Shown here piece after piece: positions 20,633-28,310 of a stretch of DNA of 64,000 nucleotides (positions are counted from its first letter, which is position 1; each line of letters opens with the position of its first letter). Source of the DNA: an uncultured Chlamydiae bacterium (GTDB taxonomy: Bacteria; Chlamydiota; Chlamydiia; Chlamydiales; SM23-39); the NCBI GenBank assembly GCA_903893545.1, contig CAITMJ010000034.1, positions 14,315 through 78,314 on the forward strand, in the 5' to 3' direction. The position numbers were made by a program, and so were the translations under genes. The notes under the pieces were generated by a model. That model saw nothing but the letters and a program-made list of their open reading frames with translations. It was not told the DNA's origin and did not search any database.

Positions 20633-21433
20633 GTGAATTTTACAAGAGAACCTATTATCGAAACGGTGATTACCCCCCGTGAAGGCTGCAAACTCGTTGT
20701 CCGCAGCAGCAAGGGGAATGGCCAAGAAGATTACCATGTAGATGCCGTAGAAGTTGTGTCCTTTGGACATTCTTTTTTCTTCCGTTCCCTAGAAAAGCCA
20801 AAATCTTTTCTCGTGCCGGTAAGCGACTATGAAATCCTCGAGCTTCGCGAGACGCGAGTGGTATTAAAAAATGTCTCCGCCGAGCGCTCCATTAAAATTG
20901 GCGGCGGCCGGGAAACCCCACCTCCTCGTCAGCAATATCGCGAACCGAGAGAAGCAGAACAAACAGAAGCGCAACCTCGTGAAGAATCCACGCAGGAAGA
21001 GCAAGCGCAACCAGCTGAAGGGGCTTCCTTTTCTGGAGACCGCATGGATCGCGGTAAACGCGATCGTCGCCGTCGCGGCCGCCGTGGTGGACGCGATCGC
21101 AACTCCGATATGAGAGGGGGCGAGCAAAGAGCTTCTTCCGATATGGCGCAGCCAACAGAAGGATCCGAGATGACTGAAGGGCAAGAATCAGGCTTAGCTC
21201 CCGAGAGCGAAGAGCCGAAAGCTGCACCTTCCTTTATCTCGAAATTGTTTCCGCCTCCTGCAACGCTTATTAAAGAGACGTTAGGCCGTTACAAAACAAC
21301 TGAATCGATCGAACAAGAGAGCTTTCCTGCCCAGGAAAAACAAAAGGAAGACAAAGCTTCCTCTGATCATTCCGTTTCCTCTAACGAAGAGCCTCCTCGG
21401 CAATCAGAGGATGACTCGGACTTCGAAGATTAA
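20633..21433 (+). CDS. hypothetical protein: compact N-terminal domain plus a long E/R/Q/S-rich disordered tail
   Basis: GTG start, 266 aa. The first roughly 90 residues look folded. The rest is low complexity (RDRRRRGRRGGRDR; ends SEDDSDFED). It occupies the slot after gapA held by hypothetical CT504 in C. trachomatis (from memory). Confidence 0.4.
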   Translation: MNFTREPIIETVITPREGCKLVVRSSKGNGQEDYHVDAVEVVSFGHSFFFRSLEKPKSFLVPVSDYEILELRETRVVLKNVSAERSIKIGGGRETPPPRQQYREPREAEQTEAQPREESTQEEQAQPAEGASFSGDRMDRGKRDRRRRGRRGGRDRNSDMRGGEQRASSDMAQPTEGSEMTEGQESGLAPESEEPKAAPSFISKLFPPPATLIKETLGRYKTTESIEQESFPAQEKQKEDKASSDHSVSSNEEPPRQSEDDSDFED

Positions 21434-21439
21434 TCTTTT

Positions 21440-21464
21440 AGAGCCCACCTAATAAGTGGGCTCT
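21440..21464 (+). terminator. hairpin after the 20633-21433 gene
   Basis: AGAGCCCAC-ctaataa-GTGGGCTCT then tgattc. Confidence 0.5.
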
Positions 21465-21508
21465 TGATTCAATCTCATTTTCTCGCTAAAATCTTTAGGC
21501 TATACACC

Positions 21509-21591
21509 GCTCGAGTGGTGGAATGGTAGACACAGTGGACTTAAAATCCCCCGGCCGCAAGGCCATACCGGTTCGAGTCCGGTCCCGAGCA
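21509..21591 (+). tRNA. tRNA-Leu (anticodon TAA)
   Basis: GCTCGAG acceptor, GGAATGGTAGAC D-loop, anticodon loop CTTAAAA, long variable arm GGCCGCAAGGCC, T-arm ACCGGTTCGAGTCCGGT. There is one A-C mismatch in the acceptor stem. CCA is not encoded. Confidence 0.85.
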
Positions 21592-21597
21592 ATAAAA

Positions 21598-21625
21598 AGA
21601 GAGGCCTGTGCCTCTCTTTTTTTTT
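21598..21625 (+). terminator. rho-independent terminator after tRNA-Leu
   Basis: AGAGAGGC-ctgt-GCCTCTCT followed by a run of 9 T. Confidence 0.8.
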
Positions 21626-21633
21626 GCTCGGGA

Positions 21634-21660
21634 AAAAACGCCACTTAACGCGGCGTTTTT
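21634..21660. terminator. second, A/T-flanked (bidirectional-type) hairpin
   Basis: AAAAACGCC-acttaacgc-GGCGTTTTT. It lies between tRNA-Leu (+) and the convergent glycosyltransferase gene (-). Confidence 0.55.
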
Positions 21661-21747
21661 AGGGCTCGCGAAGCGAAAAATTATCCAATTGTTTTAGGAG
21701 CTTTCTCTATAACCAGCTCAGAATATTCACCCCTTGTGGGAAAAGGC

Positions 21748-22995
21748 CTATGCAGGGAGCAGTGACTCATCGAATTGCATTTGTTGTGTAGAAGGGGAGA
21801 ACTGGGTCTTGGGGGCTTGCATCGAGGTTTGGACAAGCTCGTCGACGATACTTACAATGCGGGCTGAAAATTCATTCTTGGGGATTTCGTTCAAAGGAGA
21901 GAATTGCGTTGAATGAAGTAGGCAGCGCTCTATTTTTGCAATCAACTCTTCCTCATCGGTAAAGCCCTCTCCGATCTTGTTCTTTTTTGCGATTTCAATA
22001 TTCGGTTTTTCCCAAAACAAGCAGCTTTCATTGTCATCCAAGAATACATAAGGCCTGCCTACTCTTCGGTTCACAGCAGTTGCCTCGCTAACGGTTCCTG
22101 GGCCGGGTTTGGTGATCAAAATATTCGAGACTTCCATATAGTCTGCAACTCGATGAGTAAACCCCAATACTTTGACAGAATTAGATGGATGAGTGGAAAT
22201 CATCGCGATATTTTCGGCGAGATTTCGGTTGAATCCCGTAATCACAACAAACTGTACTCCAAAATTTTCTTGGCCAAGTCTCTTCATGATTTGATGCATT
22301 CGATCGCTTCCTGCACCGCCCCACATAAGCATGATAATGGCTCTATCTGGATCGAGCTCTAATGAATGACAGAGGTCTTCTCTTTTCCCTTTCATTTGAG
22401 AAAACTCTTTTCGAATAGGAAAGCCGATGGTTTGTATTTCTTTAGGATGAAGTTGGCTGTTTTCTAACAGTCCTCTAGTTTGGGGAATGTCTGCTCCGAT
22501 TGTGATCACTGTATTCTTCAACAGGGCTTTTATTTTTTCTAGGCCGATGACCCAGTTCGTGAGGTCTGCATCTAAGGTGGTCAGGCAATAGGGGATTTCA
22601 CGCGCTATGCAAACTTCAATCGCAAAACGATTGATGATCGGAACAAGCGAAATCACACAGACTGGATGTAAATCATCTAGCAGCGCGTCCATTTTCTGTG
22701 CCATCTGATTCCCTGGATAGTTGAGGATCCAATAGGGAACAACAGACGCTAGAAAGTTTATAACTCCGTTGAATCCTCTTTGCAGCATTTCGTTATAGAA
22801 TGTCTCGCCGTCCACAATGCAGCTGGTTTGAATGTCTTGAAAAGGGTAATAAACCGAGAATCGATATCTGTCGCCGAACTCTTCCTCGATCGCTTTTCTT
22901 GCCACCTCATGACCACTGCCTCCAAGGCTGGAAAGCACTAAAATATTGTTTTGATTATGAATGGTCATCGTTTTTTTTATTTTAGATTTTAACAT
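21748..22995 (-). CDS. GT28-family glycosyltransferase (MGDG synthase / UgtP-like)
   Basis: 415 aa. ILVLSSLGGSGHEVARKAIEE resembles the MGDG-synthase N-terminal motif; the C-terminal ITKPGPGTVSEATA is GT28-like. ATG 22968 is an alternative start. Confidence 0.6.
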   Translation of the reverse strand: MLKSKIKKTMTIHNQNNILVLSSLGGSGHEVARKAIEEEFGDRYRFSVYYPFQDIQTSCIVDGETFYNEMLQRGFNGVINFLASVVPYWILNYPGNQMAQKMDALLDDLHPVCVISLVPIINRFAIEVCIAREIPYCLTTLDADLTNWVIGLEKIKALLKNTVITIGADIPQTRGLLENSQLHPKEIQTIGFPIRKEFSQMKGKREDLCHSLELDPDRAIIMLMWGGAGSDRMHQIMKRLGQENFGVQFVVITGFNRNLAENIAMISTHPSNSVKVLGFTHRVADYMEVSNILITKPGPGTVSEATAVNRRVGRPYVFLDDNESCLFWEKPNIEIAKKNKIGEGFTDEEELIAKIERCLLHSTQFSPLNEIPKNEFSARIVSIVDELVQTSMQAPKTQFSPSTQQMQFDESLLPA

Positions 22996-23061
22996 AAGTT
23001 TATGTTAAAATGAAACTATTTTGATGGATAAACTTATTAATTTTGAAGGTTTTGGTGAAAA

Positions 23062-23805
23062 ATGAGCTTTGCAATAAGGACAGTAAGAGGTGGGATTTGC
23101 GGTCTTTGTCATGAAGAGTTCTCTGCCAGCGACGAGCAGTATACGCACGTAGGTGGAGAGAGGCATGATGGATTCCATAAAATCTGTTTTATAAATTGCC
23201 TAAATGCTAAGGCCGTTTGTCCATGGGATGGTATGGCCGTTGATCCAACTTCTTTGACGTCTAGGACAGAGCGGATCATGCAAAGGCTTAAAGCGGCATA
23301 CGAAGATGCGAACGTAGCGGCAACTGTTGGAATAAGAACAGGGCTATTTGGGGCAGTCATGAATGTGGTCATCACGGCACAAGGAAATTTAAAAGATCAA
23401 ACTCTACTTGCAGTCATCGCTTCTGGAGCAACAGGATTGTTGAACATAGCATCAGAACTAATAGAAAATGGGGAAGCTGGCGATGGTGTAGTAGCGGGGA
23501 CACTCTTAGGAGCTGGAGTGGGACTGATGGACATAGCTGCAACAACAAGGCTAGGGGCGGTGGATGTAATGATAGCCTCTGGACTGGTAATGACCATACT
23601 GGGAGAAGCTCTGATCTCACTGAGAAGACCGTTTTTAGACCCCATTGAGCCTCATCGTTTCAGGAGAAATCAAAATATTCATATAGGCCTTTATATGGGC
23701 GCGCTAGGAGCTGCAATCACAGGCTTTCCGTTGCCAATTGCCCTTGTGACGATTTCCTTGGTAGGGGGAACTGTGGCCGGTTGTTTGAGCCTGTTTCGAA
23801 GCTAA
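23062..23805 (+). CDS. membrane protein with an N-terminal RING-H2-like finger (candidate E3-ligase-type effector)
   Basis: CGLCHEEF-x18-HDGFHKIC-x10-CPWD aligns with the RING-H2 pattern CxxC..CxH..H..C..CxxC, with ligands 3 and 8 replaced (E, D). Residues from about 85 to 247 are Gly/Ala-rich hydrophobic helices. Confidence 0.45.
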   Translation: MSFAIRTVRGGICGLCHEEFSASDEQYTHVGGERHDGFHKICFINCLNAKAVCPWDGMAVDPTSLTSRTERIMQRLKAAYEDANVAATVGIRTGLFGAVMNVVITAQGNLKDQTLLAVIASGATGLLNIASELIENGEAGDGVVAGTLLGAGVGLMDIAATTRLGAVDVMIASGLVMTILGEALISLRRPFLDPIEPHRFRRNQNIHIGLYMGALGAAITGFPLPIALVTISLVGGTVAGCLSLFRS

Positions 23806-24125
23806 ATGAGAAAGGGCTTTCAAGAATAGCTCCTTCCCTGGTGGTGGAAGCGCTATTCCACCCACTGTTCCTATCCGGTTGTATTTATGGATATGGGTAT
23901 TTTCCTCCAGTATAGTTCCGTTTAGATAAGATGGGTTTCTTGCTTCTTAAAAAGGAGCCTGGTACACTCTACGGCATGGAAATTTTCTCTATTGATTTAT
24001 TTTCTATCCCCTCTTGCATGTCAGCAAGAGTAAACCTGCTCGTCTTTGTCGTGCGCGGCTAGCGCACATCCATCTTTAATTTTTCTTACATTTAATTTTC
24101 TCAAAAAAACAAAAGATGGAAACCT

Positions 24126-25241
24126 ATGAACACATTAAAAAAAATAGATTGCTTTACAGCCGGACTCGCTATATTTGCGATGTTTTTCGGAGCGGGAAAT
24201 ATCATTTTTCCTCTAGCTCTTGGTAAATATGCTCTGAATCAAACTCCATGGGCACTTTCTGGCCTGTTACTCACTGCCGTAGCCATGCCATTTGCTGGCT
24301 TGTTAGCTATGCTGCGTTATCGGGGGCAAATTAGGCTCTTTTTTGGCCGATTTGGCAAAATCCCTGGTTTGCTCATAGCTAGTTTAACGATTGCTCTTCT
24401 AGGGCCTTTTGGAGCAGCCCCTCGTTGTATTACTTTGGCTTACTCAACATTATCACTCTCTCTCCCAGGGATTCCTCTAATTCTATTTAGCGGGATTGCC
24501 TGTAGTTTGATCCTGTGTTTTGTCTATCGAGAAAATCGGTTGCTGCAGTTACTTGGCTACGTGCTTTCTCCTTTCAAAATCATTCTCCTTATTTGGATCA
24601 TCATCAAAGGATTTATGGAAGTACCGGAAACTACTTTAGTCTCTTTAAATCCAGCGGAAATATCCCATTTTTGGCATGGGTTAACCGAGGGGTATAATAC
24701 CATGGATTTGCTAGCGGCATTTTTCTTTGCTCCCATTATTATCTCTTCTTTAAACCGTCCAGAAAAAGACTTTAATCGTTTTGTACTAAAAGCAAGTGCA
24801 ATTGGAGCTTTTCTACTCGCCAGCATTTATGTGGGATTTTGTTACCTTGCTTATTTCTACGCTTCTGAACTGCAAGATATTCCCTCTGATGGACTGTTAG
24901 GAGCTATTGCTATTAAAGTTTTAGGACAGCATGCCGGGCTTATTGTGAGCCTAACTGTCGTTATTGCCTGTTTATCAACAGCTATTGCATTGATTGCAGC
25001 CTTTGCAAATTTTATGGAAAAAGAGATTCTGAAGGGAAAGATTGGTCATGTTCCCATCTTGATTGTTTCTTTACTCATGACTTTTGCAGTCACAACATTG
25101 AAATTTCAAGGGATTGCTCATTTTTTGAATCCCATTTTACAACTCTGCTACCCAGCACTGATTTTGCTTACGTTTTACAATTTACTTATGCCAATTCCTC
25201 TAACCCATAAAACCAAAGGAGATTTACATGATTTCATATGA
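24126..25241 (+). CDS. brnQ: branched-chain amino acid transport system II carrier (LIVCS family)
   Basis: FAMFFGAGNIIFPLALG signature; polytopic membrane protein, 371 aa. Confidence 0.8.
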   Translation: MNTLKKIDCFTAGLAIFAMFFGAGNIIFPLALGKYALNQTPWALSGLLLTAVAMPFAGLLAMLRYRGQIRLFFGRFGKIPGLLIASLTIALLGPFGAAPRCITLAYSTLSLSLPGIPLILFSGIACSLILCFVYRENRLLQLLGYVLSPFKIILLIWIIIKGFMEVPETTLVSLNPAEISHFWHGLTEGYNTMDLLAAFFFAPIIISSLNRPEKDFNRFVLKASAIGAFLLASIYVGFCYLAYFYASELQDIPSDGLLGAIAIKVLGQHAGLIVSLTVVIACLSTAIALIAAFANFMEKEILKGKIGHVPILIVSLLMTFAVTTLKFQGIAHFLNPILQLCYPALILLTFYNLLMPIPLTHKTKGDLHDFI

Positions 25242-25560
25242 AGATTTTCTTAAAGTAGACATTCGTGTCGGTAAGATAATCAATGTAGAGGAATTTCCTA
25301 CTGCCAAAAAACCAGCCCTCAAGCTTTTTATCGATTTTGGGCTTGAAATTGGAACCAAAAAAACCTCTGCGCAAATAACGCATCTCTATTCAAAAGAAAA
25401 TTTAATAGGAAAACAAGTGTTAGCTGTAGTTAATTTTCCACCCAAGCAAGTGGGTTCTTTTATGTCAGAGGTTCTTGTATTAGGATTGTCAAATGAATCC
25501 AACGCGATTGTTTTAGCAAGACCAGACCAAGAAGTTCCCAATGGGCAAAAATTACATTAA
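25228..25560 (+). CDS. csaA: tRNA-binding (EMAP/CsaA-type) domain protein
   Basis: FLKVDIRVGKIINVEEFPTAKKPALKLFIDFG, LAVVNFPPKQVGSFMSEVLVLG. Confidence 0.85.
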   Translation: MISYEDFLKVDIRVGKIINVEEFPTAKKPALKLFIDFGLEIGTKKTSAQITHLYSKENLIGKQVLAVVNFPPKQVGSFMSEVLVLGLSNESNAIVLARPDQEVPNGQKLH

Positions 25561-25829
25561 GATTATTAAGAAAAATTACAAAGTGTACCCATTTTTTCTA
25601 TCATGAGTTCATGATCCTGCGCGGTAACCAGGCGCGAATACCTCAGGCTGATGTCTGTGTTTTTTTATCTGGACCGTATCAAACAGAGGTTTTTGAATTG
25701 TCCTCGATTTATAATTGGTGTAGACTTCGTGGCTCAAATGAGCCATGCAGTCATCCATCACTATACTGGTAGTCTCGGCAAAATGGAAATTCGGCAATTG
25801 ATTCAATTATCAGACGGATTCGTTCAAAA

Positions 25830-27038
25830 ATGATCGCTATTTGTAGCCTAGCGCTCTCGTGTTTCTCTTCTTCTCATCTCGAAGAGATGACCGTGGAGGA
25901 AAAGGTCGGCCAACTCATGCTCGTTCATTTTCATGGAGAAAAGGGGAATGAAGACGCCAAGAGGTTGATTCAAGAAGTGCATGTTGGGGGAATCATTTAT
26001 TACAATTGGGCCAATGGCCTCCATTCTCCAAAACAAGTGTTGGAATTAAGCTCCGACCTACAAATGTTAGGGAGCCAAAATCGCATTCCTATTCCGCTGC
26101 TTATTGCCGTCGATCAAGAGGGAGGAAGGGTTGCAAGGCTTACGAAGGGATTTACTCTCTCCCCGGGCAATGGGGCGCTTGGCATGACAGGCGATGTAAA
26201 GTTGGCAGAAGAGCTCGCGTTTACAATGGGAAAAGAGCTTCGCGCTGTCGGCGTAAATTTTAACCTAGCACCTGTGGTCGATATCAATAGCAATCCGCAG
26301 AATCCTGTCATCGGGTCCCGCTCATTTGGCGATTCTATAGAAATTGTCGTTCCCTTTGCAAGACACGCAATCCAGGGCTATCACAAGGCGGGAGTTATCA
26401 CCTCGCTAAAGCACTTTCCAGGGCATGGGGATGTCGAAATCGACTCTCATGAAGACCTTCCTATCCTTCTTAAATCCAAAGAGCAATTAGAGAAGCTAGA
26501 GCTCGTTCCTTTTTTTGCGCTGGCAAAAGAGGCAGATACAGTGATGACCGCGCATATCGTAGTGCCTTCTATAGATCCTCTCTACTCTGCAACTCTTTCT
26601 AAAAAGGTCTTAGATATTTTGCGAAAAGAGTTTAACGGGGTGATTGTAACCGACTCTCTTGTCATGGAAGGGGTTTTGAAAAATTGCTCTTCGGTAGAAG
26701 ATGCAGCCATTTTAGCCATTAATGCAGGCTGCGATCTACTATGCTTCGGCGGCAAACAGCTCATCGATGAGAGTTTAGAGCTTACTGTTAAAGATTTGGA
26801 AAGGATTCACAAGAGCTTAGTCGATGCCGTAAAAAGTGGCCAGATTTCTCAAGAAAGGCTAAATGCATCGGTGCAAAGAATTTTGGATCTAAAAAGCAAA
26901 TACTTAAACGCCAAATGCGTAGTAGATGCTGAACGTGTAGGTGATGAAATTGCCGCTATTTCGCCCGTAGGGAGAAAACCAAATGCCGCCGATGGCAGCC
27001 AAGGAATCGCTCCAGTTGTATTCGATCGAGGGAGATAG
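25830..27038 (+). CDS. nagZ: beta-N-acetylhexosaminidase (GH3, NagZ-like) with a short hydrophobic leader
   Basis: EEKVGQLMLVHF, AVDQEGGRVARL, KHFPGHGDVEIDSHEDLP. The last 45 codons overlap the convergent OMP gene. Confidence 0.85.
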   Translation: MIAICSLALSCFSSSHLEEMTVEEKVGQLMLVHFHGEKGNEDAKRLIQEVHVGGIIYYNWANGLHSPKQVLELSSDLQMLGSQNRIPIPLLIAVDQEGGRVARLTKGFTLSPGNGALGMTGDVKLAEELAFTMGKELRAVGVNFNLAPVVDINSNPQNPVIGSRSFGDSIEIVVPFARHAIQGYHKAGVITSLKHFPGHGDVEIDSHEDLPILLKSKEQLEKLELVPFFALAKEADTVMTAHIVVPSIDPLYSATLSKKVLDILRKEFNGVIVTDSLVMEGVLKNCSSVEDAAILAINAGCDLLCFGGKQLIDESLELTVKDLERIHKSLVDAVKSGQISQERLNASVQRILDLKSKYLNAKCVVDAERVGDEIAAISPVGRKPNAADGSQGIAPVVFDRGR

Positions 27039-27938
27039 TTGGAAGGTATAGGAAGAGCCTCCTCCGACGGTCGCTGTTTTTCCCGTTGAGGGATCGATGC
27101 CGGGATCTCCGTTGAATTTCGTTCGAGCTGAAGTCTGATAGAAGACGTCTGTTGCAAGGGCCCAGTTCTGCGTAAGGCTCCATTCGAGTCCGAGGTCTGC
27201 AACAAAGTTATTGCCGGGCCTTACTTTGCCTTTGGTTCCGTATCCGCCGCCATAAGCATTGAGCCCTTCGACGCGAACGGTCGAGGGGACGTTGTACTGC
27301 AGCACTACACGGGTATTGAGCGGATGGTGTGTCCACCAGAAGAGGATTTTACCAAAACGGAGGGAAAAGCTGGTGACATAAGCTCCGCCGCCGGTGGAAT
27401 CGGTCCCTTTTTTCTGCACGCTTAAAGATTGGTATTTGCCTGTTGGAAAGGTTTCGTTGATCGTCGCTTTAATTCCAGGGACCCAGACATCTTGTGTGAG
27501 GAGTCTAAAACCTAGAATTACTGGGAGGTCTGTAATGCTTGTAAACGAACGCCCTTCTTTGAGGTTTGTGGTGAGCGTCGGCGCGATGGCTAAATCCATC
27601 CAGGCGGTAATCCCCGCTTGGGTGACGAACTGTTCTTGGATCTGCCAAAGAGGATGAGAGCTATGGATCGACTCGCTATTTTCATTGTAAAACGCGTAGT
27701 TATCGGTGATGTATTCATAAGGCTGAATGAGGAGCATTCCAGGGGCTAGCGTCGAAGAGCCTCCCGCAATGATCGGACCCGAATACCAAGGGTTAAAGAG
27801 GGTCAACGCATGTTGAAATTTTTCTTCCGCTTCTTCGAGGGTTTGATGCATCTCTTCAGGAGATCGATGCGGTAGCTCCGGGGGATCGGCAAAAAGAGAG
27901 GCGAAAATCAAAAGCCCTACAGCAAAATATTTTCTCAT
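26904..27938 (-). CDS. putative outer-membrane beta-barrel protein (porin-like), Cys-free
   Basis: Signal peptide MRKYFAVGLLIFASLFA. Gly/Tyr/Thr/Asn-rich with alternating hydrophobicity and an aromatic C-terminal strand (IYYAFGV). No cysteine in 344 aa. Confidence 0.55.
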   Translation of the reverse strand: MRKYFAVGLLIFASLFADPPELPHRSPEEMHQTLEEAEEKFQHALTLFNPWYSGPIIAGGSSTLAPGMLLIQPYEYITDNYAFYNENSESIHSSHPLWQIQEQFVTQAGITAWMDLAIAPTLTTNLKEGRSFTSITDLPVILGFRLLTQDVWVPGIKATINETFPTGKYQSLSVQKKGTDSTGGGAYVTSFSLRFGKILFWWTHHPLNTRVVLQYNVPSTVRVEGLNAYGGGYGTKGKVRPGNNFVADLGLEWSLTQNWALATDVFYQTSARTKFNGDPGIDPSTGKTATVGGGSSYTFQLSPSIEYNWSDSLAAIGGIWFSPYGRNSGNFITYTFSIYYAFGV

Positions 27939-27974
27939 TGCGATTTTCCCCTTTGCTCAATACTTTAAGGAAAT

Positions 27975-28310
27975 ATGGTAGATAGAATCAATAGCGATGG
28001 GAATCTCCCTTCAATTTCTCCGCATCAACAGAAAAAAACGTATGAATCGGAATATACGCATGCAGCGGATCTTTTTCAAAGAACGCTCAATGAATACTCC
28101 AAATCGGACAATCTATTTCAGAAGGCAGAATTTAAGAAAGTGATGGACACGGCTCTTTATGTGCTCAAAGAGGCGGCCAGTGAATTGAAGAGAAAAGACC
28201 TTCTTGCCCAAAGTAAACAAATCGAACAAGATTATCAGGCGTTCCAGGCAGATCCAACCCAAGTTTCTGCACTCAATACGGATCTGGATAAGACGAAAAA
28301 ATCGGTCTGA
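27975..28310 (+). CDS. hypothetical small helical protein
   Basis: 111 aa, K/E/Q-rich. AAGGA lies 5 nt upstream of the ATG. 38-nt overlap with the 3' end of the convergent sulfatase-family gene. No family recognised. Confidence 0.4.
   Translation: MVDRINSDGNLPSISPHQQKKTYESEYTHAADLFQRTLNEYSKSDNLFQKAEFKKVMDTALYVLKEAASELKRKDLLAQSKQIEQDYQAFQADPTQVSALNTDLDKTKKSV

Noticed and set aside
23940-23990. Possible T-box riboswitch upstream of brnQ (CCGTTTA and TGGTAC resemble the F-box and T-box cores)
   Set aside because: Only hexamer-level matches. There is no recognisable Stem I/specifier loop, no full T-box 14-mer, and no terminator/antiterminator alternative that I could fold by eye. Kept only as a low-interest structured leader.
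25609-25833. Two overlapping small ORFs (25609-25806 minus, 25651-25833 plus) in the csaA-nagZ spacer
   Set aside because: No RBS and no recognisable motif, and they are mutually exclusive. They could be a decayed gene remnant, but I cannot support a call.
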